From positions 32,364,001-32,428,000 of the forward strand of contig CP158635.1 of assembly GCA_050273025.1 (NCBI GenBank): DNA of 64,000 nucleotides, in the 5' to 3' direction. This document shows positions 37,101-51,312 of this stretch, one piece after another. The notes under the pieces were generated by a model, which saw only the letters and a list, made by a program, of their open reading frames with translations, had not been told where the DNA came from and did no database searches. The DNA is from Cenococcum geophilum. Taxonomy: Eukaryota. Position numbers and translations under genes: made by a program. Positions within the stretch are counted from its first letter, which is position 1. The number at the start of each line of letters is the position of its first letter.

Positions 37101-39167
37101 TTAAGCTTACCTTATCTCGTCTTAAGAGTCTTAGTCGTCTTTTATCTTATCTTAAGAATCTTAAGCCTTTGGCCTTTTGCCTTTATTAAGTGCTAAAGTG
37201 GTTTACTACCCTACTTTTTTTGCGTCTTATAAAGCGATAGATATTATGTTTAGTAGGGTCTTAATCCCTACTAATATTCCCTATTTTGTAGTGGAATTAT
37301 CCTCTACCTCTTATATAATATCTCTAAGGTCTACTCGCTCCTAGTAAGCGGCTTTCGTTGCCTTATTGTTATAAAATATTTCGCCTATATTAAAGTTATC
37401 GTTCTTAATATCCGATCTACAAACTGGTTCGTTAGTTCCTCTGCATTCTATAGGTGCTAGCTCTTATAGCTAATAGCTTACGCTATACTTAGCGTCCTTA
37501 TAAATTCGGTATGCGTTATTATAATAAAATATAAAACTTTTAATTAAACATTCCTTTATTCCTCGTAATATATTATTATTCCTCTATACGTATATATCGT
37601 CTACTATTAGTCTAGTTCCCTTTATTATATAATATCTTTAACTATCTTTATAATCCCTTGTAAAGTGACCTTATTTTCTATAATTTATATAAGCTCTATC
37701 TTTAAACTATTAACTTTGTTATAAAGTCCGCCTAAATATCTTTTACTGCTAAGATCCCTAGTTTAGCCTCTGCTTCTTAGTCCTATAATTACTAGATCCT
37801 TAACCTCTAGGTTTTTACAGTTTTTTTACTCTATCTCTTATAGGCTTCTTTAGTACTACTTAGGTCCATTGGCTTTACGCTATACTATAGTTTTTAACTT
37901 AGCTTTAGTTGTTATATACTCTACGCCTTATATAACTATAGAACTTTATCCTAACCTTTTTTAGCCTATTCCCTTTAGTAGATCCAATTGTTAATCTTAA
38001 TCGCTTAATCTATTAGTTCCCTTAGGGTATCCGCATCTTTTATTAAGATAATCGCGTCCTAGACTTTAGCCTTAAGTCCTTGCTTATACTATGCTATAAG
38101 CGCCCTATTATTCCACTCTACTTATATTGCTAACGTCTAGAACTGTATTATATACTTAATTACTAAGGTTTATTATATAATGTCTTAGAGTTTTCTTTCT
38201 GCCGTAGTTATTAATTCTAGGTCTCTAAATATTTGCGTAAGTTACTTTATAAACCCTTTTTAGCTTAAGAACATAAATTGTATATCTTAGTTAGTGGTTA
38301 TTATTCTATTTGCCTGTATTTCTATAAGGTAAGGCTTAAACTACTTAAGTGCCCTTCCTAATAGGAATAGTCCCGCATATGCTATTTGATCTATAGGTAT
38401 TAGTAGCTTACCTTCTTCTTACGTAACCTTAAAGTGCATTTGCGTAAGGAATCCTTTAAGCTTTAATTTTTCTCCTAAGTACCTTTTAATTAATAATAAC
38501 TTAATCTTCGCCGCTCCTATCCTATTAATCCTATTTTCTAATATCGCATTATTTTCTATTAGCTAGTTAACTATCTCTTATAGTTATCCGACCGTTATAG
38601 GTTGCTGTAAGTTAGTGTCTGCTATACTGGTGTCGTTACCTAATCTTAAAGTAGTTGCCGCCGTTAATAGCGTCGTGGCTAGTGCTTTTGGTGGCATATT
38701 GTTCGACTTTCTATATTAATACTATAACTAGGTAGTAATTATATAACGGAACCTTGTAGTAGGAACTATAATAGGCTCGTTATTAGGCTAGGTATATAGG
38801 TAATGTAAGTATAAAAGTTAACAATGTAATAACAACTAGTGGAGTGGTTGCCCAATAGATTAACTTTAATTATATTCTAAGAATTACTATAAGGAAGGAA
38901 CTATCTAGGTAGGGACTAAGGGTCCTTAAATACACAATCGTACTTCTATAAAATCCTTCTTGTACATAATATATATATACTCTATCTACTCTATTACGGA
39001 TTATATAGATCCCATAGATTATATAGATCACGTTACATAACCTCGGTTACTATTTCTCGTTATATAGCTCTACCGGCTCTATCCTAGACCGTGCCTGAAT
39101 TAACTAACTAGCTTCTTCCATCTCTTCTCTAAGTAGTTATAATATTGTACTTAAAGCGTCCGTAACA
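31195..39167 (-). mobile_element. Ty3/Gypsy chromovirus (family B, copy B1), full length, RIP-inactivated
   Basis: 426-bp LTRs 31195-31620 and 38742-39167. TSD TTGTC/TTATC. PPT at ~31621-31637. gag ATG at ~38698, zinc knuckle ~37680, protease ~35620, RT YFNDIIIY ~34650, integrase, chromodomain ~32420-32470. Confidence 0.95.
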
Positions 39168-39940
39168 TTATCGCAATATATTATTTACTTCTTATTAGGG
39201 TTAAATCCAATTTCTTTAAAGAATTACTACTACTAAATTAACTTGGTAGCTATATACAATAGGGCTAAAAGCTCTACTTTTATACTTAATTTTATTACTA
39301 ACTTCTGCTTTATAGATTGCCAGTTAATTAGTCCCCTAAATAAGGTAAATAGATAGCCTTCTGTGCTTTTTCTGCTTATTAAATTATTGCTAAATAATAT
39401 ATTACTTACCCTTATAAAGATCTAGTTTATTATATTTTCCTTTAAGTACTTAATTATAAGAGTCTTGGTTTAATTAAGGTAGGCAATTACCCTTATAGCA
39501 GCTGCGTCGTAAATTAGTAACGGATTTTATAAGAATCCTAACAGCTTACTTACTATTCTCGCTATATCTAGATAAGTAATATTGGCTATATAGAGTATAG
39601 ATCCGACTTTCCTCTAATAGGCGTAGGTATCCTACTTAGAGGCTTACTCTAGATTAGGCCTGAGTTCCTTAATACCTATTAGTATATATATCTTATAATA
39701 ATCTTTAACTTTAAAACTTATTATAATTTTGTTAATATAGAAATCCTAGCTAAGCCAAAGCTTCCTATTCTTTTTATTACGGATAATTTAAAAATTTAAG
39801 AACTAGGTAAGATCACCTAGGTCCTTTATCTCGTACTTTCTTATAAAGTGCTCCTTAAAGGTTTAGAGCTTAAGTAGGTCTTTCTTCCTAAAGGTAGCTG
39901 TAATATTATTAACGTAGAAAAAGACTATTAGCTAATTGTT

Positions 39941-40258
39941 TGTAACGGAACCCCCTAGGAGGTACATATCCGATAAGACGGTAGGAGGTTTTATCTATGT
40001 CCTATCTATGTTCCAGAAGACATAGTCAGACAGGTTAGGGGCGAAAGGTTTTATTAGCGTCTTAAAAGGAATATATAGGAAGCTGGTTCCCCTCTAGAGA
40101 AGAACTAGCGATTAGTCTCTAAATAGAAGAGGTTAGAAAGCATTTGTCCTTCATTCGTAAAGATCGTTCTACCTTAACTTATCTTCTACTTACCTGTGAC
40201 TTCTATTCTACACTATTAATTAGATAATTATACGTTCCGGTTAGACTGGCCTCTTATA
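39941..40258. mobile_element. Solo LTR (318 bp) inserted in the Copia D RT region
   Basis: Starts TGTAACGGAACC, as family B does, then diverges. TSD TTGTT/TTATT. The host RT frame continues on both sides. Confidence 0.8.
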
Positions 40259-42060
40259 TTATTATAATATAGGTAAGGCTCCTCCGCCACTAGCTTTAAG
40301 CCTTCCTTTTTTAGTATTATTATTAAGTTACTATACTATAGCAGAGGTAATCGCCTCAATCTATAGAGCGCTCTTTAGAGAAGTAGGTACTTACCCTTAA
40401 TTAGAAATTTATTTAGACACTTAACGTATATAACCTTATTAATTACGTTATTTACGAATACATTAATAGCGTCGCCTTACTAGCAGTTTAGGTTAAATAT
40501 TATAATAATAGCTATTAAGGCTCTAAACAATCTTACTGCTAAAGTTATAATATAGGTATCCTTATAAACTAACTCTTATAAATTACCTTATACATAAAGA
40601 TAAGCTTTAAATCTTATTAGATATCTGTTAATATTAGTCTTATATATAAATACCTAGATAATAGGTACAGTTTTAATATAAATTGTCTCGTTAACGACTT
40701 AAAATGTTCCTCGATTTTAAAGGTCCGTATATTTTTTTTAGGTAATAGCCGCGAACTCTTTCTTATATTGATATCTTTAAAGCTCCTTTTAATTCCTAGG
40801 CGGCGGTAAAAGCTAATCGCGGTGCAGCTTTTTATAAAATGTAAGCCCTATATTAAAGGCTAATCTTTAAGCTGGAAGGCTCTAGTCAGTAATATTAGCA
40901 AAAATGCCTACGTAAATCTTTAATTATCCTTTAAGTCTCTTTTCTTTAACCATGTTTTACTCTTCTATATCGCCATTAATCTTCTTCTTTAGCTTAGCTT
41001 TATTAGTCGGAACTATAATATAGTGCGGCTTCTTTACTAAGGTGTTTAAGGACGGTAGTAAAGGCTCTAGTGAGTTAGGTTTTAGTGTCTTATCTAGGGT
41101 AAAAAGCCCTAAAGCTAAGCCGTTTTTAAAGCTTAAATTTTATTGCTTACTACTTTTAATATTAGGCTCTTCCTTATTTCCACTAGATTCTACTTATTAT
41201 CTCCCTTTAGTATTAACTTAAATTTTATCTTAAGTCTTTATAACGGAACCTTGTAGTAGGAACTACGGTAAGCTTGTTATTAGGCTAGGTATATAGGTAA
41301 TATAAGTATAAAAGTCAACAATGTAATAATAACTGGTGGAGTAGTTGCCTAACAGATTAACTCTAATTATATTCTAAAAATTACTATAAGGAAGGAACTA
41401 TCTAGGTAGGGATTAAGGGTCCTTAAATATACAACTATACTTCTATAAAATCCTTCTTGTATATAATATACGTATACTCTATCTACTCTATTACGGATCC
41501 TATAGATCTTATAGATCCTATAGATTATATTATATAACCTTATTTACCATTCCTCGTTATATAGTTCTATCGGCTCCATTCTAAACTATACCTAAATTAA
41601 CTAACTAGCTTCCTCTAACTCTTCCCTAAGTAGTTATAATATTATACTTAAAGCGTCCGTAATACTATCTCCCTCCTCTTTATCTTCGTCCTTAAAGATT
41701 CCTAATATCTTTAAGTTATTTACTAAAGGTATAATATCTATCTAATTAATTTAGTTAATATTATTTCTTATTATACCTAAAGCAATTTCCCTTTCCTTAA
41801 CTGCTCGTTATATTCGCACCGTCGCTATAATATTATCTCTTAGTAAGATTATACCATCTCTATATTATATTAGCGAACCCATCTTCGTAACAACCGCCCT
41901 TTTACTTAAAGTGCACTAAAGCAAATATTCGTTCGTTCTATAACGTTTGCTCTACCTCTAATACTAAATATACGCGACTTATTACTCTTAATAGTTATCT
42001 AGTTCCCTAATTAATTTATCTTAAGGTCTTATATTTAATTTATTACTACGTAGCTAGATA

Positions 42061-45000
42061 TAAAATTCTGCCAAAAACACAATGCAATCGCCCGCTAAAG
42101 AAACCTGTAAAATAAGCCTAATAGAGCTTCTACGAGCTCTAGAGGACTATAGAAACCCTTTCTATCAAAACCACACACCCCAATTCGGCGTTAGTGGAGG
42201 TATATGTGGTGTTTTCCAATATACAGCCCCTAAAACCGGATTATAACAAATAAACAAACCCCTAACCCCAACCCCAACCACCCTAACCACCCTAATTAAA
42301 TAGTATACCTTTTAAGAACGCGTTCTATAGACTATATAAACCGCAGAATAAACCCAGTAGGTACTATAGAAACGATCTCTTGATGTAGACGAGGAGCGCT
42401 CCACTATACTCTCCTTCCTTACTACCGCGATTATAACCCTCCGGATAGCCTTTGCTATATTGGCGGAGCTTATCTGGACCTAAGGAACCTAGGAGTAATA
42501 TACTTAGGATATAAAGGCAATCCGGATAGATATTGGGGCCCTTAGGAAGGCCGTAATAATAGCTATAAAGAGTGGACCGACGTCTATAGGCCCGCTGTCG
42601 TACGCATACGTCGCTGCCACTATACCTATAATGCCCTAAGCTATAAGACAAGTTGCTTATAAACCTATAGAAGTATATAAGATTATAATCCGCATAGGCG
42701 ACGCCGCTAACCGTAAGGAAACCTTAAAGTAGAATAGCTAAGCCCTAGTATATAAACTTTAGGCTATAGGACCCCTAGACACCTATAGGATACAGGCCAT
42801 AAAGAAGTTATAAAGCGGTGACGTTAGGGCGTATATTACGGATAAAGACGTAAAAGATAGGTTGCTATAAGAAACAGAGTAAACGAAGGTCCTTAGACGC
42901 TCTGCTATACTAGCTGTTCCGCTAGTACTAGTAGAGGTCCACGCGGTACCTATAAGCCTCGCCATCTAAGGCCTAAAGGCTAAGCAGATAATAGAAGATA
43001 TAATAAAGTAGAACTGTACTATAGCGGGGCTTATAGTAGAAAGGCTGGCGTGAAAAAGGCTAGGAAGAGTCCAAACGGGATAAAAGGTCAAATCGTTACT
43101 TATTATAGGTATATAGTTAGAAGAGTTAGTAAATGCGCTATTTAATTAGGGCCTCTTTCTAGGAGGAGACCACTACCTAGTCATAAGGCATGAGATAACG
43201 TTCCTAGTAACGCAGTGCTTTAAATATTAAGGCTTCAACTATATAGCTAAGAGTTATAGGAGAAAAGCTAGATGCGGACGCTGCGCTAGGTAATATAATA
43301 CTAGCGAATGTATAGGAGACCTACCTAAAAAGTGTATTAACTATAAAGTAGACCATAAGGTATGGAATAGGGCGTATAGTGTTAAGCGGACATAGCAGGA
43401 GAAGGCTGCAGTAATTAAGGCCTATACGCCAATATATTATATAGGCACCTATAAGGCACCTATAAGCGGACAGCAATTATAATTACAGTACGAGATTACT
43501 ACTAAGGAGGTCTTATAATAAGCTAAGAAAAGGAAGCTAAAGGAGATAGTTATGTAAGAGAGCTCTATATAGGCAGAGGAAGCCCCCTAAAAGGTCGGCC
43601 GGCTATAGACTTTTAATTATTTTAGGAAGGAAATGGGCCAGAGGACCCTCTAATTAACACTCTAAATAGTACTATATAGTAGTATATACGCCCTAATTTA
43701 AATCCTAGCAATTTAGGAGCCTTTACTAAATACGGAGTTTAATATAGAGGTAGAAGCAGAAGCTTAGATCTAGAGAGAGGTATCTAAAGGCTCTAAAACT
43801 ACGTTATAAGGAAGTAAACAGACGCTAAAGGGCACTGACTTAGCTAACTTAGAGGCCAGTATAGACCTCTTATATTAGGATACCGGAAAACACTTATAAT
43901 TATATAGTATAATACTAACAATAGTAGGAACGGCGTACTGCTCTACTTCCTATAAGAGGTAGAGTAGGCGGACCCCTAGCTAGATATATTAGCCATCTAA
44001 AAGCCATAGTGGAGGGACTAAGGAAATATAATATATATTATAAAATCCTACCACCTAGTATACGCGGGAGTAGGCAATATAAGGGTCTGCTTTTATATAA
44101 ATAAGGCTATTAATATAAATAAGTAGGCGCCTATACACCACTTAGCGGATATATATATAATTAAGCTAGAGGGCTGCGAGAGGACTATCTAGATTTATAA
44201 TATTTATAACCCCTAATAGACGAACAGTAGTATCTATATACTACCAGAGCTGCTAAGGGCCGAAGGAGAACATATACTGTTAGGTAATTTTAATCTACAC
44301 TACCCCTTCTAGGGGGGTATAATAGTAATATGCGCGGATAACGCGGTAGATAACCTTATCCGCGCTATAGAGGCAGCTGGCCTAAGCCTAGCCACTAAGG
44401 CGGGTATAAAGACGTGGGTAAAGGGCATATTAAGGAGCACGCTAGACCTAGTATTTACCTCCCCCTAGATTACTAATAGGCTACTATAGAGTTAAAGATA
44501 AGACCGCTGGCATATAGGGTTTAACTACTTTCCTATTATTATAGAGGTGGACGTAGAGACGCTAGAGAGGCCCCCCTTACCTAGGAGACCGCTATAGAAG
44601 AAGGCTAATTAGAAGGTAGTGCAGAGCGAGCTAGAGGGCCGACTTTAGCCCCTATATAGACTCCTGTATAATATAAGAGATAAACTAAATATATTAGCGG
44701 AGGCCATATACTAAGCGATTAAGAACATTATAGTAAAAACAGTACCTAATATACGGCCCTCGCTGCAAGCCTCTAAAGCATGGTTAGAGGAATATATAGA
44801 AGTGGTAAAGGAAACCTAACAGGCCTTCTAGGCGTAAAAGGTCTCTTAGTTAATACCTAATTAGATTAACTATAGAGTTGCATAGAATAAGAAGAAAAGG
44901 GCAATCCAACGAGAGGCTAATAAGCTATAAAGGAGGACCGTTAAAAAGCTAATAAATAACCCTAAAGGGATATAGAGAATGGTAAAATAGGCGCGTACAG

Positions 45001-48000
45001 CGGACGGGAAGCCGAAGGCCCTACTATAGTTTCCTCCTATTAGCAGACCAGGAGAGGAGACCCTATACTATAATAATAAGGAGAAAGCTACTATCCTTAC
45101 AAAGCAGTTTTTTCTGCTGCTAGTAAAGGCGGACCTTAGTAATATATTAGGGTTTGTATACCCAGAGCCGCGAATAGTAAAGGAAGTAGTTAAGGAGGAG
45201 GATATTATTACGGCCCTAAAGGGGCTTGCCCCTAATAAGGCCCTAGGTCTAAAGAAGATTACTAACTAATTCCTTAAGACGTGCGGAGAGCAGCTAGCCC
45301 TAGTGCTGGCTAAACTCTTTAGCAGCTATATAGCAATTAGACATTACCTAAAACTATTTAAAGACTCTATTATAGTAGTCCTCTAGAAACTATAGAAGCC
45401 ATCCTATACTACGGCAAAGGCCTACCGGCCGATTGCGCTACTTAACACCATTAGGAAGCTACTTAAGAGAATAGTAGCTAGCCGACTATTTAAAATTGCG
45501 GAGGAGACGGGTATACTACTAGCTAGTTAGATGGGAGTAAGGCTAGGGCGCTTAACATAAATAGTATTGGAGCTACTAACCTAATAAGTATACACAGTAT
45601 AGAGGAGTAACCTAAACCTAGTAGCCTTATTACTTAGCCTTAATATTTCCGGGGCCTTTAACCGAGTCTCCTATAAAAGAATAATCTATAATATAAAGGC
45701 CTAAGCCATACCCTACTGGATAGTATAGTTTATAAAGTCCTTCCTTAAGGATCGAATAACGAGGCTCTTAATTAAAGGATATATAGTATAAATAATATAA
45801 ACGAACACTAGTATACCCTAAGGCTTAGCGCTGTTGCCAATCCTATTCCTCTTTTTTGCCTATATATTCCTACTAGAGCTATAAGGGGGAACCACTACAG
45901 TATTTAATTTGTTAATAACTCTAATATACTAACGTATAGCAAGACTACGGAGAAAAACTGTAGAACTATAGAAAGGGCGTATAAGGTATATACGGCGTGG
46001 GCACGCTAGCATAGGGTAATATTTGCCCCTAAAAAGTACTACCTTATCTATTTTATAAGGAGCCATAAGAAGTTTAATATAAAGGCTATAGCTAATATAT
46101 ATAGCTTTACAGAAGGCCTAGTTAGTAACCTATGTGTATTAGGGGTATAAGTTAACTTAAAGCTTAAATGGGGACCGCACGTTAACATTATTAAGACGAA
46201 GGCGATTACCTAAATAGCCGCACTAACCTGGCTTACGGCCTCTATATAGGGCGCCTCCTTTTAAAAGGCGCGGATAATATACTCCGCTATAGTCCGGCTA
46301 GTAATCTTATACGAATATGGTATCTAGTACTCGCTACTAGAGTGGACGAAGCCTAAGGAGATAAGTAAAACTAAGCTATGCTAGCTAGGCGTAGCATAGA
46401 ACCTATACCTCCGCACTATTGCTGGGGCGTATAAATTAACGCTAATAGTAGTACTGGAGCACAAGACGGGGTTTCCGCCGCTTTAGATATACCTTAAAGA
46501 GCTAGCTATAGCCTACACGGAGAGGACGCAAAAAAGACCAGCAAGAGAGCATATTAAGAGGGAGTGCAACACTATATAGGCTATAATAGCCTACTAACTC
46601 CGGCCTAAAATAAAGCTACTAATACGGCCCACTAAACGGGATAAGCTTAAGAGGATAGCGGCCGCTATTTTAGGGACAGATATACGGCTAATAGACTTAT
46701 TTAAAGCGCAGTATAAGAGAAGTAGAAGGGCTAGGGTATAAAAGGCGTTTAAGAAGCGGTGGAAAAGGAATAGGAAAAGTACTAGAGCACGCTTACCTAT
46801 TATATAACGGCCTAGGCCGAGCCATAGAATAAGAAAGTCTTTAAACGCCACGCGAGGCTTATAAAGGTAAAGAGCATAATTAATATACTGCTTAGAACTA
46901 AGTATATAGGGCTTAATAGATACTTCTACTACCGAAAAGTACTAGGGCACCTAACCCCGGCCTGCCTATGCGGCCATAGCCAACAATTAATAATATACGT
47001 AGTAGTGTTCTGCCCTAGACACGCTGCTAGCCAGGCGGAAATGTATTACTATACTAGAATATCCTTATATAAAGAGCTCCTAACTAAGCTAAAGGCTACT
47101 AAGGTAGTTATAGACTGGTTTATACAGACAAACCTCTTACTACACCTTTTATTTACTAGAGAGCTGGCTAGGATAAAAAGAGAAGGCTAGGAAGTGCTTT
47201 AAGAGGCGGAGGATAAATATTATAGAGATAATAGAATATAGCAGAATTTTATAAATGGCAACCTAGTAGAAGTTGGCAGAACTTTAACAACCTAGTAGAA
47301 TTTAGCAGAACTTATTAACCTAGCAAAATTTAGTAGAATTTGGCAACCTAATAGAAGTTAGCAGAATTTTAGCAACCTAATAGAATTTGGTAGAGTTTTA
47401 GCAACCTAATAGAATTTAGCAGAGTTTTAGCAACCTAATCAAATTTGGCAGAATCTTAGCAACCTAGCAGAATCTAATAACCTAACAGAAGTTAGCAGAA
47501 CTTTAGCAACCTGGCAGAATTTAACAGAATTTAGTAACCTGGCAGAATTTGGTAGAGGTTAATATCCTAACAGAACTTAATAAAACTTAGTAAGGTATAG
47601 AGCTATATACGTTAACGTAAATATAAATAACGGAACCTTTTATACCACTACTAGCCTTATAGGCTACTGGCCTACGCCCTACCTAAATAACTAGAGCAGC
47701 CAGGAACGGAACCTAGGCCCTAGCTATATACCCTACTAGATAGACCTAGGAGTACGCATTAAGATAGCTTTTCTATAGCGCCTTAAAGAGACGTCTACTC
47801 GTGCTTAATAGTTACTAATTAGAAAAGAGGCTATATAGGCCGCATAATAAGCCATATAGGCCGTATAACAAGAGAAGGAGAGGTTTTATCCGGCCCTAGC
47901 AGTACGGTTCCCCTCTTATATATATATATATATACCCATATAGACCCGCTATATGGACCCTAACGGGAGCCGCAACAGCGTAATTGAATATTATAATATA

Positions 48001-48003
48001 ATA
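42061..48003 (+). mobile_element. Full-length Tad1-like LINE (LINE2), RIP-inactivated
   Basis: 14-bp TSD TACGTAGCTAGATA (42047-42060 / 48004-48017). ORF1 has three CCHC-like knuckles (~43215-43375). ORF2 has endonuclease LLGNFNLHYP (~44277), RT YRPIALLNT (~45423) and FVNNS (=FVDD, ~45908). Confidence 0.94.
47256..47590 (+). repeat. Minisatellite in the LINE2 3' UTR (~28-29-bp units resembling GCAACCTAGCAGAATTTGGCAGAACTTTA)
   Basis: Directly visible degenerate tandem units after the end of ORF2. Confidence 0.9.
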
Positions 48004-51000
48004 TACGTAGCTAGATAATAAACTGTCTATTACTCTAGTAGAGTTATACTATTCTTATAACGCGGAATAGAAGGCTGCTAATACTTAGTAACGGGCCCTT
48101 AAGTCTCGTCTTACGGCGTCTACTTAGTTAATCCGTCTTAAAAAGGTTTATAAGAAGGTCTGTTTTAAGGAGTAAAAACTTATAAAATAGGGTCTATAGG
48201 AACTTAGTAATAAAAGAATGGATTTTCTTCTGGCCGAGAAGGAAATAAATCTAAGTAGCTTAGCAACTGCTCTTCTTAGGTCCCCCTTAGGTAACTTATT
48301 TTTTAGTAATCCTTTTTTATTAATACTACCTAACCTAATCTCTTCTAATACTCCTATACCTTTCTTATAGCGTTTTTTAAATTCTCTAGTAGCTCCTAGG
48401 TAGTCTTATTATAGCCTATCCACTTTACTTTATATTATATTTTGTTATTAATATCCTTATAACTAATAATCCTTAAAACTTACTATTTATCTTCCTCCTA
48501 TCCTCTATATATATCTACTTTATAGACTAATAGCTTAATATTCCTATATACTAGCTCTAGTATTACAATATACTATATAGGGTAGATTTTTATTTTAGCT
48601 AGTAGGTTTAACTTAAACATAACTAGTAAAATCCTTTACTTAATTTTAAAAGGTCCTAGTCTAACATAGTTTAACTTCTTACTTAGCTGTCGACTTTTAA
48701 AATTTTTATATAGTAGCTATACTTTATCTCCCTCCTTAAGATCTAGTCCCTTAAATCTCTTAGCGTTATAGTACTTTTTTATTCTCTCTTATACTCTCTT
48801 TACTAATTCTATAAGGTCTATATAAAGATTTATTAACATCTTTATTCTTTCTTTAGCTGTACTACTTATTTTCTTCACTTATTATAGTAATAATAATATT
48901 CTTAGCTTATACCCATAATTTGCCTTAAATAGTAATATACCTATCCCTTTTTATAGTGTTATATTATATACGAACTATATAACTAGTAATAGTAATACCT
49001 AATTATTCTATGCGTAATTAATATAGTGCCTTAGATACTATTTTAGTATCTAATTTAATCTTTCTATTTAACTGTTTATCTATAAATAATATATAGTAGA
49101 AGTTACTGCTCTAACTCCTTATTCCGCTAAGAATACCTCCTAGAATACTATTATAAATCTTAGATCTCTATCCAATATAATCTTACTTAATACTCCGTGT
49201 CTTATAAATACTTTTTTAATATAAATTTTAGCGACATCTTCTACTAATATCTCTTCTATATATGCTATAAAGTATCCCTACTTTATAAGCTTATCTACTA
49301 TTACTAAGATCGCATTATAATCTTATCTGGTAATAGGGTCTCTTAACTTTAATAATTTAATAATAAAGTCCTATAATATAACCTCCTATAGTCTCTTTAG
49401 TATTTTAATAGGTTATAGCCCTCCATATAGCTTATGCCTTATTAATTTATTCCTTTAGTAATCTAGACACTCTTTTATAACTTTCCGTACTAAGCCCTAA
49501 ATTCTATTAATAATATACTCCTTTTAGAGTCTTAACACTAAGCCTATAGCTCCATTATGTCCTTAAGTTAATCCCTTATAAAAATCTTCTATAAATTACT
49601 CTGCTATGCTTCTTAGGATATACTTTACTTCTTAATTTTTATATATATCCGTTTATAGATCTTTTAGCTATACCTTTAGAATTTTATATACCTAAAAGCT
49701 TTCTAGTAACTTATAAACTTTGTTTAGTTTTTTCTAAGTTGCTATAATTTTTGGATAATTATATCTAATTAATCCGTCTATATCTTTTCGTTGTAAAGCC
49801 CCTAATAGCTTCTTATTATTTTATAGTTTAGCTTTTTAACTTAAAGCGTCTACTTGTGTATTATCTATACCCTTAGTATACTAAATCTTAAAATAGTATT
49901 CTATAAGTATCTCTGCCTATCTAACCTATCTTTAATTAAGTTCCTTTATTATTAGAAATCCTATTAAGTTCTTATAATCCATCTTAACTATAAATAGTTT
50001 CTCTATACCTTATAAGAATGCTCTTTATTTCTTTAGTGCTATAACTATACCTAATAACTCCTTATTATAGATGTTATAGTTTAACTCTAGTAGTGTTATC
50101 TTCCGACTATAGTATGCTACTAGGTACTATCTATTTTAATATTTCTATATAAAGCATGCCCTTAGTATATAGTCTAATATATTCGTTTCTATAACCGTTT
50201 CTAGTCCTAGTTAATAGATTTTAAGAACTAGCTCCTAGGTAAACAACTCTTTAACTTTTTTAAATAACTCTTACTGCTCTTCTCCCTATACCTATAGTTC
50301 TTCTTTTTTCGTTAATCGCGTAAATAGTTTAATATCTTTTAACCACTACGCTATAAACCGTCTATAGTAATTATAAAACCCTAAAAACAATCTTAATTAT
50401 ATAACGTTCTCTAGTTCTTACTAATTTACTATAGCCTTAATCTTCTTTAGATATATACTAAGTTGGCCTAGTTTAATAATAAATTTAACAAAATCGGTCT
50501 TCCTAGTAAAGAACTCGTATTTCTTAATTATTACTAGCATCTATTCTTCTTATAGTCTCTTTAAGACCTATTTAACGTGTTCCCCGTATTCTTCCTTAGG
50601 TATTAAGTAGATAATAATATTGTTAAGGTATACTATAATAAATTTATCCAAGTGTTCTCCTAATATATTATTAATACGCTTCTAAAACGTTGCTAATACG
50701 TTTATAAGCCTAAATTGCATAACTAATAGTTTATATAGTCCTTCCTTTAACCTAAAGGCTGCCTTCTATTTATTACCTTCCTTAATTTTAATCTAATAGT
50801 ACGCCTATCTCAAATCTATCTTTATAAAGATTTGCGCATTTCCTATCCTATCTTAGATTTCGCTAATTAAGGGTAAAGGATACCTATCCTTTCTAGTAAT
50901 GCTATTTAACTGTCTATAGTTAATATACAGCCTTAGTTTACTATTCTTCTTTAGTATAAACAGTACTGGATAACCCGCTAATAACTATAATGGTCTAATA

Positions 51001-51312
51001 TATCCCTTTTATAGATTTTCCTAAATAAACTCTTTTAGTGCTCTACCTTCCTCTTTAGTAAGCTTATAGATTAGAAAAAACCTTAGACTTATTTTTAGTT
51101 CTAATTCTATCTTATAGTCCTATACTATATACTTTAACAGCTTTTTACTTTCTAGTAACTATAGTTTCTTACTATACTTATAATATCTCTTTAGTATATA
51201 GCTTAGCCCTTTTTCTATTTCTTTATAGGTTGCTCCTACTTAATACCATACTAACTTAGCTTATTATTATATCTTATGGCGTTAAGTATTTTTAATACTA
51301 ACTTAACCTGTA

